Shown here piece after piece: positions 19,913 through 28,966 of a DNA stretch of 64,000 nucleotides. The first letter of the stretch is position 1. The number at the start of each line of letters is the position of its first letter. A program made the translations under genes and the position numbers. The DNA is from an uncultured Chloroflexia bacterium (lineage in GTDB: Bacteria; Chloroflexota; Limnocylindria; Limnocylindrales; CSP1-4). The notes under the pieces were generated by a model. The model did no database searches, was not told the origin of the DNA, and saw nothing but the letters and a program-made list of their open reading frames with translations. Location: positions 192,001 through 256,000 of the forward strand of contig CAVPPB010000002.1 in assembly GCA_963707215.1 (NCBI GenBank), in the 5' to 3' direction.

Positions 19913-21163
19913 TCAGCCAGGGACGTTGACGTCCACCCAGACGAGGCGATGGTCCGAGCTCGGGAAGGGGAACACGCCGGTGAGGGCGGACAGCGGATCG
20001 GCCAGGACCGGCCAGAAGACCGCCGCCTCGACGATCCGCATGTTCCTGCGTGGCAGCACGTAGTCCGCTCGCAGGTTGCCGGGTGCGCCGTCGGCGAAGT
20101 CGGCGGTGTCGAAGCGCGGATCGCTCAGTTGCGACGTATTCGCGCCGCCCTGGAGCGCTGAGGCCTCGACGGCGCCCTCGCTCTCCGGCGTGATCGTCGC
20201 GTTGACGAGTGGGTGGTCGAGGAGCTGCTGGATCGAGCCCGGGATGCTGTCACCGTCGAGCGGATCGCTGTTCTGGTCACCGGCGATGACGAACAGGTCG
20301 CCCGGGGCGAGGCCACCCCAGCCACCCTCGTCGTCGTAGATGTAGGCGGAGGCCGGGCCGGGCGTCACGTAGTCGGCCCAGAACCGGATCTCGTCGCTGT
20401 TGCGGGTGCCGTTGCGATCCTCGGGCCCGTCGAAGACCGGCGGCGTCGGGTGGCTGACCAGGAAGTGGACCGCCCGATGGCCGACGTCGACGGGCACATC
20501 CCAATGGCTCTTGGACGAGAGCCGGAACACCGCGAGCTCATCCGACGAGTACCAGTCGGCCGAGGCCGGCGTTGCCGGGTCGTCGGGCAGCAGTGCGCCA
20601 GGCATGTCCTTCCAGAGGAAGTGCTGGAACGTCCGGATGGCGTCATGGTCGATCGGGAAGCGCGACAGGACGGCCATCCCGAACTGACCCGGGAAGAAGC
20701 CGAAGCCGAAGGCGTCGTCGGGGCCGCCGACGACCCCATTGTTGTTGAGGTCGAAGCCGGACGGGATGCCGGTGTTGGACTCGGCAACGAACGCGTACGG
20801 ATACTCGATGGGTGCTGCGCCGTTCTGCCCGACGGCCAGGTAGTTGTCGCGGAGCGCGTCGACAAGTGGCCCATCGGGGTGCTCGGCGGTGGGGGCGTAG
20901 TAGTCGAACTCGTTGATCAGCAGCACATCCGGTCGGACGCGCTGGATGATCTCGGCCACCGCTGCAGCCTGGGCGTTCCCGGGCGCGGAGAGATCGGCCA
21001 GGGCCTGGCCGGCGGAGCTCCGGTTCAGCGACGCGTTGAAGGTCGCGAACCGGATCGTCGCGTCGGATCTGCCGACGGCCGATGGTGCGGCCACCAGCCC
21101 GGCGAGCAAGGCGATCGCGGCGCCAGTGACGATGAGGACACGTAGGCGGTTCGGTGACGACAT
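19913..21163 (-). CDS. Secreted endonuclease/exonuclease/phosphatase family protein
   Basis: Signal peptide; ATFNASL, INEFD, GDQNSD, RADYV, SSDH motifs; GGAGG RBS. Confidence 0.9.
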   Translation of the reverse strand: MSSPNRLRVLIVTGAAIALLAGLVAAPSAVGRSDATIRFATFNASLNRSSAGQALADLSAPGNAQAAAVAEIIQRVRPDVLLINEFDYYAPTAEHPDGPLVDALRDNYLAVGQNGAAPIEYPYAFVAESNTGIPSGFDLNNNGVVGGPDDAFGFGFFPGQFGMAVLSRFPIDHDAIRTFQHFLWKDMPGALLPDDPATPASADWYSSDELAVFRLSSKSHWDVPVDVGHRAVHFLVSHPTPPVFDGPEDRNGTRNSDEIRFWADYVTPGPASAYIYDDEGGWGGLAPGDLFVIAGDQNSDPLDGDSIPGSIQQLLDHPLVNATITPESEGAVEASALQGGANTSQLSDPRFDTADFADGAPGNLRADYVLPRRNMRIVEAAVFWPVLADPLSALTGVFPFPSSDHRLVWVDVNVPG

Positions 21164-21294
21164 CGTGAGCCTCCCAAGGACGCGGCGGCCGCCCTCCGCG
21201 GCCGCGGCTTCGGCTATCCCCCCGTCGACGTTGTGCACAGGGTGGACCACTCGGGAGCAGTTGTCACCATCGGACCCACGGCCGCGTGCCCAGG

Positions 21295-21716
21295 TCAGTC
21301 CGCCTCGATGACCTCCCAGCCGGCCGCGGTCGCGGCGCGTCAGAGGCCTCGATCCGGCGCCACCGCGATCGCCCGTCGGGCGAGCTCGAGCAGGGGGATG
21401 TCGGCGGCGGTGTCGCCGAGGGCGGCGAGGACCTCGCCTCCCGCCGCGAAGGCTCGGACCGAGGCGGCCTTCTGCTCCCCGCTCTGGGTCGGCGCGGCGA
21501 GGGAGCCGGTGGCGATGCCGTCCCGGATCTCGAGCGGCATTCCGAGTGCGACGCCGGCCCCGACGAAGCGGGCGATCGCGTCACCGACCGGCTGAGGGCA
21601 CCGGCCGCGATGACGACCCGGACCGCCTCGTCGGATGCGCGGGCCTCGCGTGCGGCCACCTCGAGCGCGTCGACGGCCGGCTGGCGTCGGGCGGGCCAGA
21701 GATGCGCCTCGGCCAC
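21295..21716 (-). pseudogene. HAD-IB (SerB-like) phosphatase remnant
   Basis: GEQKA and LGDTAADIPLL...A.AVAP motifs; no N-terminal DxD, frameshift near 21595, in-frame TGA at 21340. Confidence 0.7.
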
Positions 21717-21776
21717 CCCGGCTGATCGTCCTCAGAGGCCACGACCCGGACTTCCCGCGCCTCCTCTCGAAGACGC

Positions 21777-23954
21777 TCACGGTGGACTGAGGAGCCGGTA
21801 CACGTTCGGGCCGGCGACCCACACGGCGCCGTCCGGGGCGACCGACACGTCGCTGGACCAGAGACCCGGCACCGATCGGTGCCATCGCCCTCCGTCGAAC
21901 GTCGCGACGCCGTCGCCGACCGCGATCAGACTGCCGTCGGGGAGCAGCGCGAGCTCGTGGAGGTAGCCTGGGTCGCCGCCACCACCATCGTTCACCCACC
22001 GCCCTTCGATCACCCGCCAGACGGTGGTCCGCGGTGCGTCATCGGCCTCGTGCCATTGCCGGACCGCCACCCACAGCACCCCGTCTCGGTCGACGGCGAT
22101 CGCTGCCGGATCGACGTTGGCGTCAGGCTGGTCCACGGGCGGCAGGGCGACGACCTCCCACGACCCACCGACGGATCGTGACAGGGCATTGCCCCAGCTT
22201 CGCTCGAGGAGCCAGATCGTCCCGTCGTCAGCGGCCGCGATCGTCGACCAGCACGGACCAGCGATCGGCGGTGCACGAAGGAGGCTCGCCTCCCATGCGC
22301 TCCCGGCCGGTCGAAGCGCCACCAGTCGGTTCGCCGAGCGCGGTCCCGCGTAATACGCGACCCCGTCCGGGCCGACGGTGATGGCACCGCCGCAGCCTGC
22401 GTCGGCGTCGATGGATGCGAGCGCCACCCTCGCTACCACGTCGCCAAGATCGATCCAGGCCCCATCGCGGCGGACCAGCGGGCCGGAGCTGGTGGCCAGC
22501 CAGATCGCTCCGTCCGGGGTGACCGCCGCCTGCCCGACGGTCGCTTCGACCGGCAACCGCTCCGCGTGCCAGGCAGCACCGTCGAAGCGGAAGACCCCGC
22601 CGGGCTCGGGGGCGCCGGCGGCCCAGGCGTCGGGCTCCGATACCGCCCAGACCTCATCGCGCGAGATCGCGGCGATCGTCGCCACATCGCCCTTCGGGCC
22701 CGATCCCGCCGGCGGCGATCCTGACGGCGTCGACACGGCGAGCCGCCGCCACCTCCCATCCACGAGCCGGTACAGCCCGGCCCCGGTCGACACGAGCACG
22801 GAGCCGGCTCGGGGCAGGACGATCGCCCCCGGCCAGCTGACCTCGTCGGCCGAGGGCAGTCCGTCGAGCTCGTCCCAGGTGGTCAGCGTGGACCCGTCGT
22901 ACGCGTGGATCCGAACGCCGCACGGATCCGGACCGCAGTCCTCGCGGACGAACCAGAGGCGGCCGTCGTCCCCGACAGCGCTGAGCGACTCGCTCCTCTC
23001 GAGGTCCGGGACCCCGTAGCCCATCCAGCGGCCCTCACTGAACCGCGCCAGGTGCGCCAGCCCTCGGACCCAGACGCTGCCGTCAGCGGAGGCGGAGAGC
23101 CATCTGCCCCAGCCATCCCAGAGGACCCGCACGTCCCGCAGGTCCTCCCTGCCGAAGCTCGTCCAGGCCGACCCGTCCCAGACGGAGACGCCCAGCCGGC
23201 GCTCATAGTCCTGTCGTCGCTCGAGGTCGGCGGTCCACACCCGGCCCTCGGCGTCGACGATGAGCTCGGCCACGCCCAGGCCCTGGCGGCCCGGAGGCTC
23301 GCTGGACCAGACCCCGTCGACCCAACGGATCAGGCCGTACCGATCGGTCACTGCCCATAGGCTGCCGTCGGCGGCCTCGACGACGGACCACGCCTGCCCC
23401 GGCGTCTGGATGACCGCCCGGAATACCTCGCCGTCGAACAGGCGGATCGCCTCCGGCCCCACCAGCCAGACCCCGCCACGTCGTGCCGCGACGAGGTAGT
23501 CCCAGGCGAAGGCCGGATCGTCGGCAAGGGTCCATTCGCGGGCCCGGCCGGTCCGCGGGTCGACGTTGACGACAGCGCCCGCGCGGGACGTCCAGATCGT
23601 GCCGTCGACGTCGGCGACGAGGTCCCCGGTCGCCGGGTCACCGGTGTCGGCCACGAGGATCCCGGTCGGGACGAGCTCCACCGTGGCGGCCGGGGCGGCC
23701 ATGGGTACGAGCGTGGGCTCGGGGGTGGGCGTGGGGGTCGGCCGGGCCGTGGGTCGCGGGGTCGCTTCCGCGACCGGACCGCTGGCGCCGGGGAGTCCTG
23801 GCGAAGCTCCGGGATCGCCACCCTCGTCGAGGCTGGCCAGGAGCCCGACGCCCACGACGAGCACGGACGCGGCGACCACCACGGCGACCTGGACCCGGGA
23901 ACGAACGCTCCGGATCGTTCCTCGGAAGGCGGCCTGCTCGTCCGACGGGTGCAC
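21777..23954 (-). CDS. Large secreted or membrane-anchored beta-propeller protein
   Basis: N-terminal TM, PT-rich linker, many (A/P)DG.(I/V)W blade repeats; start uncertain. Confidence 0.75.
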   Translation of the reverse strand: MHPSDEQAAFRGTIRSVRSRVQVAVVVAASVLVVGVGLLASLDEGGDPGASPGLPGASGPVAEATPRPTARPTPTPTPEPTLVPMAAPAATVELVPTGILVADTGDPATGDLVADVDGTIWTSRAGAVVNVDPRTGRAREWTLADDPAFAWDYLVAARRGGVWLVGPEAIRLFDGEVFRAVIQTPGQAWSVVEAADGSLWAVTDRYGLIRWVDGVWSSEPPGRQGLGVAELIVDAEGRVWTADLERRQDYERRLGVSVWDGSAWTSFGREDLRDVRVLWDGWGRWLSASADGSVWVRGLAHLARFSEGRWMGYGVPDLERSESLSAVGDDGRLWFVREDCGPDPCGVRIHAYDGSTLTTWDELDGLPSADEVSWPGAIVLPRAGSVLVSTGAGLYRLVDGRWRRLAVSTPSGSPPAGSGPKGDVATIAAISRDEVWAVSEPDAWAAGAPEPGGVFRFDGAAWHAERLPVEATVGQAAVTPDGAIWLATSSGPLVRRDGAWIDLGDVVARVALASIDADAGCGGAITVGPDGVAYYAGPRSANRLVALRPAGSAWEASLLRAPPIAGPCWSTIAAADDGTIWLLERSWGNALSRSVGGSWEVVALPPVDQPDANVDPAAIAVDRDGVLWVAVRQWHEADDAPRTTVWRVIEGRWVNDGGGGDPGYLHELALLPDGSLIAVGDGVATFDGGRWHRSVPGLWSSDVSVAPDGAVWVAGPNVYRLLSPP

Positions 23955-24220
23955 GTGTCGCCCGAACCTGTGATCGCGCCGTGGCCCCGTGCGGCAGCGA
24001 AGCCCGTCACCAGCGGCGCGGCGTCACCTCCTGCGCGTCCCCCGAATCTGCGACGAGCGCTCGCGGTCGGTGACGGCCATCGGACCTGAAATCCCCGTCG
24101 GCCGGACCCGAAGCGTCGGACAGGGAGACACCGGGATCGCCCGCTGGAGGGCACGGTTCACCGGCCGGGCGACGGGCCGTCGCCACGGTCTGGCCCCCTG
24201 AGACGCCGGCGCGCGATCCG

Positions 24221-25933
24221 TCAGTCGCCGCTCGACGTCCTCGCAGCGACCTCGGCCCGCAGATCCTTCCGCAGGATCTTGCCGACCATCGTCTTGGGAA
24301 GCGAGTCCCGGACCTCGATCGCGGTCGGGATCTTGAACCGGGCGAGGTTCGCCCGGCAGTGCGCGAGCAGGTCGTCGATCGTCGCCGTCGACCCCTCGGC
24401 CAGGACGACGAAGGCGTGCGGCACCTCGCCGTAGTGGGCGTCGGGCACACCGATGACGGCCGCATCGATGACCGCCGGGTGGCCCAGGAGGACCTCCTCG
24501 ACCTCGCGCGGGTAGACGTTCATCCCGCCGACGATCACGAGATCCTTGGCCCGATCGACGATCCTGAAGTAGCCATCGGCATCGCAGGTCGCCATGTCGC
24601 CCGTCCGAAGCCAGCCGTCGCGGAGGACAGCCGCCGTCTCGTCCATGTTCTGCCAGTAGCCGGCCATGACCTGCGGACCGGACACCTCGAGCTCGCCGAC
24701 CTCGCCCGGTGGTCGCTCGACGCCGGTCTCTGGGTCGATGACCCGGGCATCGGTCGACGGGAACGGCAGCCCGATCGTGCCAAGCTGGCGGTCGCCGTCG
24801 ATCGGGTTGCAGTGGGTCACCGGCGCCGCCTCGGTCAGGCCGTAGCCCTCCGAGACCCGGGCGCCGGTGATCTCCTCGAAGGCTCCCTGGATCTCTCCCG
24901 GCAGCGGCGCGGCGCCGCTGATGCAGGCCTCCAGGCTCGTCAGATCGTGCCGAGGGGCCTTGGGGTGGCGGGCGATCGTGTCGTACATGATCGGGGCGCC
25001 GGGGAAGAGCTGGGGGCGGTACCGATCGATCCCCTTGAGGATCGCATCCGGATCGAACCGGGGCACGAGGATGAGGGTCCCCCCCAGGAGGATCCCGTAG
25101 TCCATCGCGACGGTGAGCCCGTAGATGTGGAAGAAGGGCAGCGCGCAGAGGACGGTGGTGTGGTCACGCTCGCCGGCACGGGGGAACCACGCCGAGACCT
25201 GGGTGGCGTTGGCGACGAGGTTCCGGTGCGTGAGCATCGCCGCCTTCGGGATGCCGGTCGTGCCGCCCGTCGGCTGGAGGATCGCGAGGTCGTTGGGCGC
25301 GGCTCCTGACTCGACCCGCTCCCATGGCGTCTCCTCGAGGAGGCGGAACAGGTTCGGCGTCTCGGCGGTGTGCGGCTGGGGGTTCCAGCGACCCTCGCGA
25401 CGGGCCTTCAGCGGATACAGCCACTTGATCGGGATCGGGAGCGAGTCCTGGATGCCGGTCAGGACGAGCCGACCCGGCCGGCCGGCGTCGGCCGCGCCCT
25501 CGAGCGCGTGGAAGCGCGGGACCAGCAGGTCGAGCGCGACCGAGACCTTCGGCTCGGTCTGACCGAACAGGATCCCAAGCTCCCGCTCCACGTAGAGCGG
25601 ATTCATCGGCACGGCCAGGGCTCCGGCCCGGAGCGCCCCGAAGAACGCGATCACGAAGGCCGGCGAGGTGGGCAGGTGGAGACTGACCCGATCGCCCTTC
25701 TCCACCCCCATCCGGTGGAGGGCGAGGGCGAACCGGTCGACCGACCGATCGAGCTCCTCGTAGCTCGTCTTCGCCCCGAAGAAGATGAGCGCGTCCCGAT
25801 CGGGATGGCGCTCGGCGCTCCGGCGCAGGAGGCCGTCGATCGGCATCGCCGGGACCTCGACCTCGGCCGGGACGCCTGCGTCGTAGTGGGTGAGCCAGGG
25901 CCGCTCGGTCCTGGTCAGCTGTGCGGTCGCCAT
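24221..25933 (-). CDS. fadD: Long-chain fatty acid--CoA ligase
   Basis: TGGTTGIPK, EGYGLTE, GWLRTGD, PREVEE, LPKTMVGK. Confidence 0.9.
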   Translation of the reverse strand: MATAQLTRTERPWLTHYDAGVPAEVEVPAMPIDGLLRRSAERHPDRDALIFFGAKTSYEELDRSVDRFALALHRMGVEKGDRVSLHLPTSPAFVIAFFGALRAGALAVPMNPLYVERELGILFGQTEPKVSVALDLLVPRFHALEGAADAGRPGRLVLTGIQDSLPIPIKWLYPLKARREGRWNPQPHTAETPNLFRLLEETPWERVESGAAPNDLAILQPTGGTTGIPKAAMLTHRNLVANATQVSAWFPRAGERDHTTVLCALPFFHIYGLTVAMDYGILLGGTLILVPRFDPDAILKGIDRYRPQLFPGAPIMYDTIARHPKAPRHDLTSLEACISGAAPLPGEIQGAFEEITGARVSEGYGLTEAAPVTHCNPIDGDRQLGTIGLPFPSTDARVIDPETGVERPPGEVGELEVSGPQVMAGYWQNMDETAAVLRDGWLRTGDMATCDADGYFRIVDRAKDLVIVGGMNVYPREVEEVLLGHPAVIDAAVIGVPDAHYGEVPHAFVVLAEGSTATIDDLLAHCRANLARFKIPTAIEVRDSLPKTMVGKILRKDLRAEVAARTSSGD

Positions 25934-25945
25934 CTCGACCCCCTT

Positions 25946-27739
25946 TCAGACCGGGTATCCGCCCGCGGCGGTCACGGCGGCAGCCACCCGCCGCGATACC
26001 GCGATCCGGTCGCGCGGCTCGCCGCGCATCAGCCGGCGGATGCCGGCGACCAGGGTCCGGGCCTGGTCCCCCTCCGCGACCCGGGCCGCCAGGGTCCGGG
26101 CCCGCCCCTCGACCGCGGTCGCCCGTTCGGCGACGACGAGTCGGGCGAGGTCCTCGTGGACCGACGCGGACCCATCGGACGATCCGTCCCCCGAACCGGC
26201 CGTGACCTTGGCCGCCCGTTCGACGACGCTCTCCATCACGAACAGGTCGATCGCGAGGTCGGCCAGGCCGACGAGGACCTCCTGCTCCTCCTCGAGCCCC
26301 GTCCCGAACCGCTCCACGGCCGAGCCCGCCAGCAGCAGGGTCACCGTCCGGGTCGCGCTGACCGAGGCCCGTTCCTCGGCCAGGGCGCCCTCGAAGCTCG
26401 GCAGATCGCCGGCCGTCAGCGCGTCCCCGGCCCGGCGAGCCGGTCCCAGCAGGTCGAGCCGGCCGGTCATCGCGCGCTTCAGCAGGGTGCCCGGGACGAG
26501 GAGGCGGTTGATCTCGTTCGTGCCCTCCCAGATCCGGTGGATCCGGGCGTCGCGGTACGCCACCGCTGCCGGATACGCCTCGACGAAGCCGTAGCCGCCG
26601 TGGATCTGGACCAGCTCGTCGACGACGTGCCCCAGCTCCTCGCTGGCCAGGACCTTGGCGAGGCTGCACTCGACCGCGTACTCCTCCAGGGCCTTGCGCG
26701 TCGCCTCGTGCGAGTCGGCACCCTCGGCGGCCATCAAGCGGACCTGGAGGAGCCCGGCGATCCGGTAGACGACCGACTCGACCGCGTAGGTCCGGGCGGT
26801 CATCCCTGCAAGCTTGGCCCCGATGAGCGGGAAGTCGACGAGGTGGCGCCCGAAGGCCGACCGTTCGGCGGCGTAGGCGGCTGCCATCCCGACGGCGGGT
26901 CGCATGCCGCCCAGGCAGCCACCAGCGAGCTTGAACCGCCCGACGTTGAGGACGTTGAAGGCGACGCGATGGCCCTTGCCCTCTTCGCCGAGCAGGTTGT
27001 CCGCCGGGACGACCGCACCCTCGAGGGTGACCGGGCAGGTCGACGCGCCGTGGAGGCCGAGCTTGTCCTCCTCCGGGCCGATGCTGAGCCCGGGGGTGGT
27101 GCGCTCGACGAGGAAGGCGCTGAACCGCTCGCCGTCGACCTTCGCGTAGATGGTGAAGAGGTCGGCGAAGCCGGCGTTCGAGATGAACTGCTTGCTCCCG
27201 TCCAGGCGCCAGGAGCCGTCCTCGGCGCGCACGGCCCGGGCCCGGATCGCCATCGCGTCCGACCCGGCCGAGGGCTCCGTCAGGGCGTACGCTCCGACGG
27301 TCGTGCCGGCTGCAAGGCCTGGCAGATAGCGTTCCTTCTGGTCCTCCGTCCCGAAGAAGATGAGCGGCATCGTGCCGATGCCGGTGTGGGCGGAGAACGT
27401 GACGGCGAACGAGCCGGCCCCGGCCATCGCCTCGGTCGCCACGAGGGACGTGACGAGGTCGAGACCGGCGCCGCCGTAGGCCTCGGGGACGTCGATGCCC
27501 AGGTAGCCGTCCCGCCCGAGCACCTCGAGGAGCTCTCGATGGACCGCGTAGTCGCGGGCCTCGATCGCGTCCCGCCGGGGCCCGAGCTCACGCTCGAGGA
27601 AGGCGCCGATGGCGTCCCGGATCGCTCGCTGCTCGTCGCCGAGATCCTCGATCGTGAAGATCCCGCCTGGCCCGACGGGCCCGGTCAGGAACGCGCCGCC
27701 GGCGACGCTCTCGATCCGATCAGGTGCCTGGACGGTCAT
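25946..27739 (-). CDS. fadE: Acyl-CoA dehydrogenase (long FadE type)
   Basis: YALTEPSAGSD, GSKQFISN, QIHGGYG, RIWEGTNEI. Confidence 0.9.
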   Translation of the reverse strand: MTVQAPDRIESVAGGAFLTGPVGPGGIFTIEDLGDEQRAIRDAIGAFLERELGPRRDAIEARDYAVHRELLEVLGRDGYLGIDVPEAYGGAGLDLVTSLVATEAMAGAGSFAVTFSAHTGIGTMPLIFFGTEDQKERYLPGLAAGTTVGAYALTEPSAGSDAMAIRARAVRAEDGSWRLDGSKQFISNAGFADLFTIYAKVDGERFSAFLVERTTPGLSIGPEEDKLGLHGASTCPVTLEGAVVPADNLLGEEGKGHRVAFNVLNVGRFKLAGGCLGGMRPAVGMAAAYAAERSAFGRHLVDFPLIGAKLAGMTARTYAVESVVYRIAGLLQVRLMAAEGADSHEATRKALEEYAVECSLAKVLASEELGHVVDELVQIHGGYGFVEAYPAAVAYRDARIHRIWEGTNEINRLLVPGTLLKRAMTGRLDLLGPARRAGDALTAGDLPSFEGALAEERASVSATRTVTLLLAGSAVERFGTGLEEEQEVLVGLADLAIDLFVMESVVERAAKVTAGSGDGSSDGSASVHEDLARLVVAERATAVEGRARTLAARVAEGDQARTLVAGIRRLMRGEPRDRIAVSRRVAAAVTAAGGYPV

Positions 27740-28953
27740 GACTCCCCTCCATCGGCCCGGACCGGCTGGGTACCGCCGAGCCACTCGATCACCCCCGCCG
27801 CGCCCTGCCCGCCGCCGACGCACATCGTCACGAGGCCGTAGCGGGCCTCGCGCCGGGCGAGCTCGGACAGGACCTGGACGGTGAGCTTCGCCCCGGTCGC
27901 CCCGAGCGGGTGGCCGAGGGCGATCGCGCCACCGTTCGGGTTGGTCCGCTCCTCGTCGAGGCCGAGGGCCCGGGCGACGGCGACGGCCTGGGCGGCGAAC
28001 GCTTCGTTGAGCTCGATGACCGCGATGTCCTCGAGCGCGATCCCGGCACGGTCGAGTGCCTTCGGGACGGCATCGACCGGTCCGATGCCCATGATCTCGG
28101 GCGGGACCCCGACGGTCGCGAAGCTGACCAGGCGGCCGAGCGGCTCGAGCCCGAGCCTCTCGGCGCGGCTGCGCTCCATGACGACGAGTGCTGCGGCGCC
28201 GTCGCTCATCTGGCTCGAGTTGCCCGCGGTGACCGTCCCGCCCGTCGCGAAGGCTGGCTTGAGGGCAGCCATCCGCTCGGCATCCGTGTCGTGGCGGATC
28301 CCCTCGTCCGCCTCGAACACCACCTCCCGGACGGCCGGTCGGCCGTCGGCCCCGACCTCCGTGACCTTCGCGGTCACGGGGACGATCTCGTCCCGGAAGC
28401 GGCCCTCTCGCTGCGCGGCAGATGCCCGCTGGTGCGAACGGAGCGCCCAGGCGTCCTGGTCCTCGCGGCTCACGTCGTAGCGCTCCGCGACGCGCTCGGC
28501 CGTGATCCCCATCGACAGGTAGACCTCCGGCCGGCTGTCGGCGAGCGCGGGGCCGGGTGCGAAGTGGTGGCCGGTCATCGGGATGAAGCTCATCGACTCG
28601 AGGCCACCCGCGATGACGACGTCGTGGACGCCGGTCTGGATCGCGGCGCTGGCGAGGGCGAGCGCCTGGAGCCCCGACGCGCAGAAGCGGTTGATCGTCA
28701 TCGCGCTGACGTGGTCCGGGATGCCGGACCCGAGCGCGACCTGGCGGGCGATATTCAGGCCCTGGGCACCCTCGGGCATCGCGCAGCCCAGGACCACGTC
28801 GTCCACCTCGGCCGGGCCGAGGCCGGGAGCCCGAGCGAGCGCCTCGCGGATCGCCGTCGTCGCGAGCACCTCGGGCGGCGTCTCTCGGAGCATGCCCCGG
28901 GGTGCCTTCCCGACGGCGGTCCTGGCGCCCGAGACGATGACGGCTTCGCGCAT
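27736..28953 (-). CDS. fadA: Acetyl-CoA C-acyltransferase (thiolase)
   Basis: INRFCASG, NEAFA, GHPLGATG, MCVGGGQG. Confidence 0.93.
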   Translation of the reverse strand: MREAVIVSGARTAVGKAPRGMLRETPPEVLATTAIREALARAPGLGPAEVDDVVLGCAMPEGAQGLNIARQVALGSGIPDHVSAMTINRFCASGLQALALASAAIQTGVHDVVIAGGLESMSFIPMTGHHFAPGPALADSRPEVYLSMGITAERVAERYDVSREDQDAWALRSHQRASAAQREGRFRDEIVPVTAKVTEVGADGRPAVREVVFEADEGIRHDTDAERMAALKPAFATGGTVTAGNSSQMSDGAAALVVMERSRAERLGLEPLGRLVSFATVGVPPEIMGIGPVDAVPKALDRAGIALEDIAVIELNEAFAAQAVAVARALGLDEERTNPNGGAIALGHPLGATGAKLTVQVLSELARREARYGLVTMCVGGGQGAAGVIEWLGGTQPVRADGGES

Positions 28954-28966
28954 GAGGTCGGCGCTC

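Noticed and set aside
21340-21342. In-frame TGA as selenocysteine
   Set aside because: Non-catalytic position, likely CGA to TGA; gene is also frameshifted and truncated
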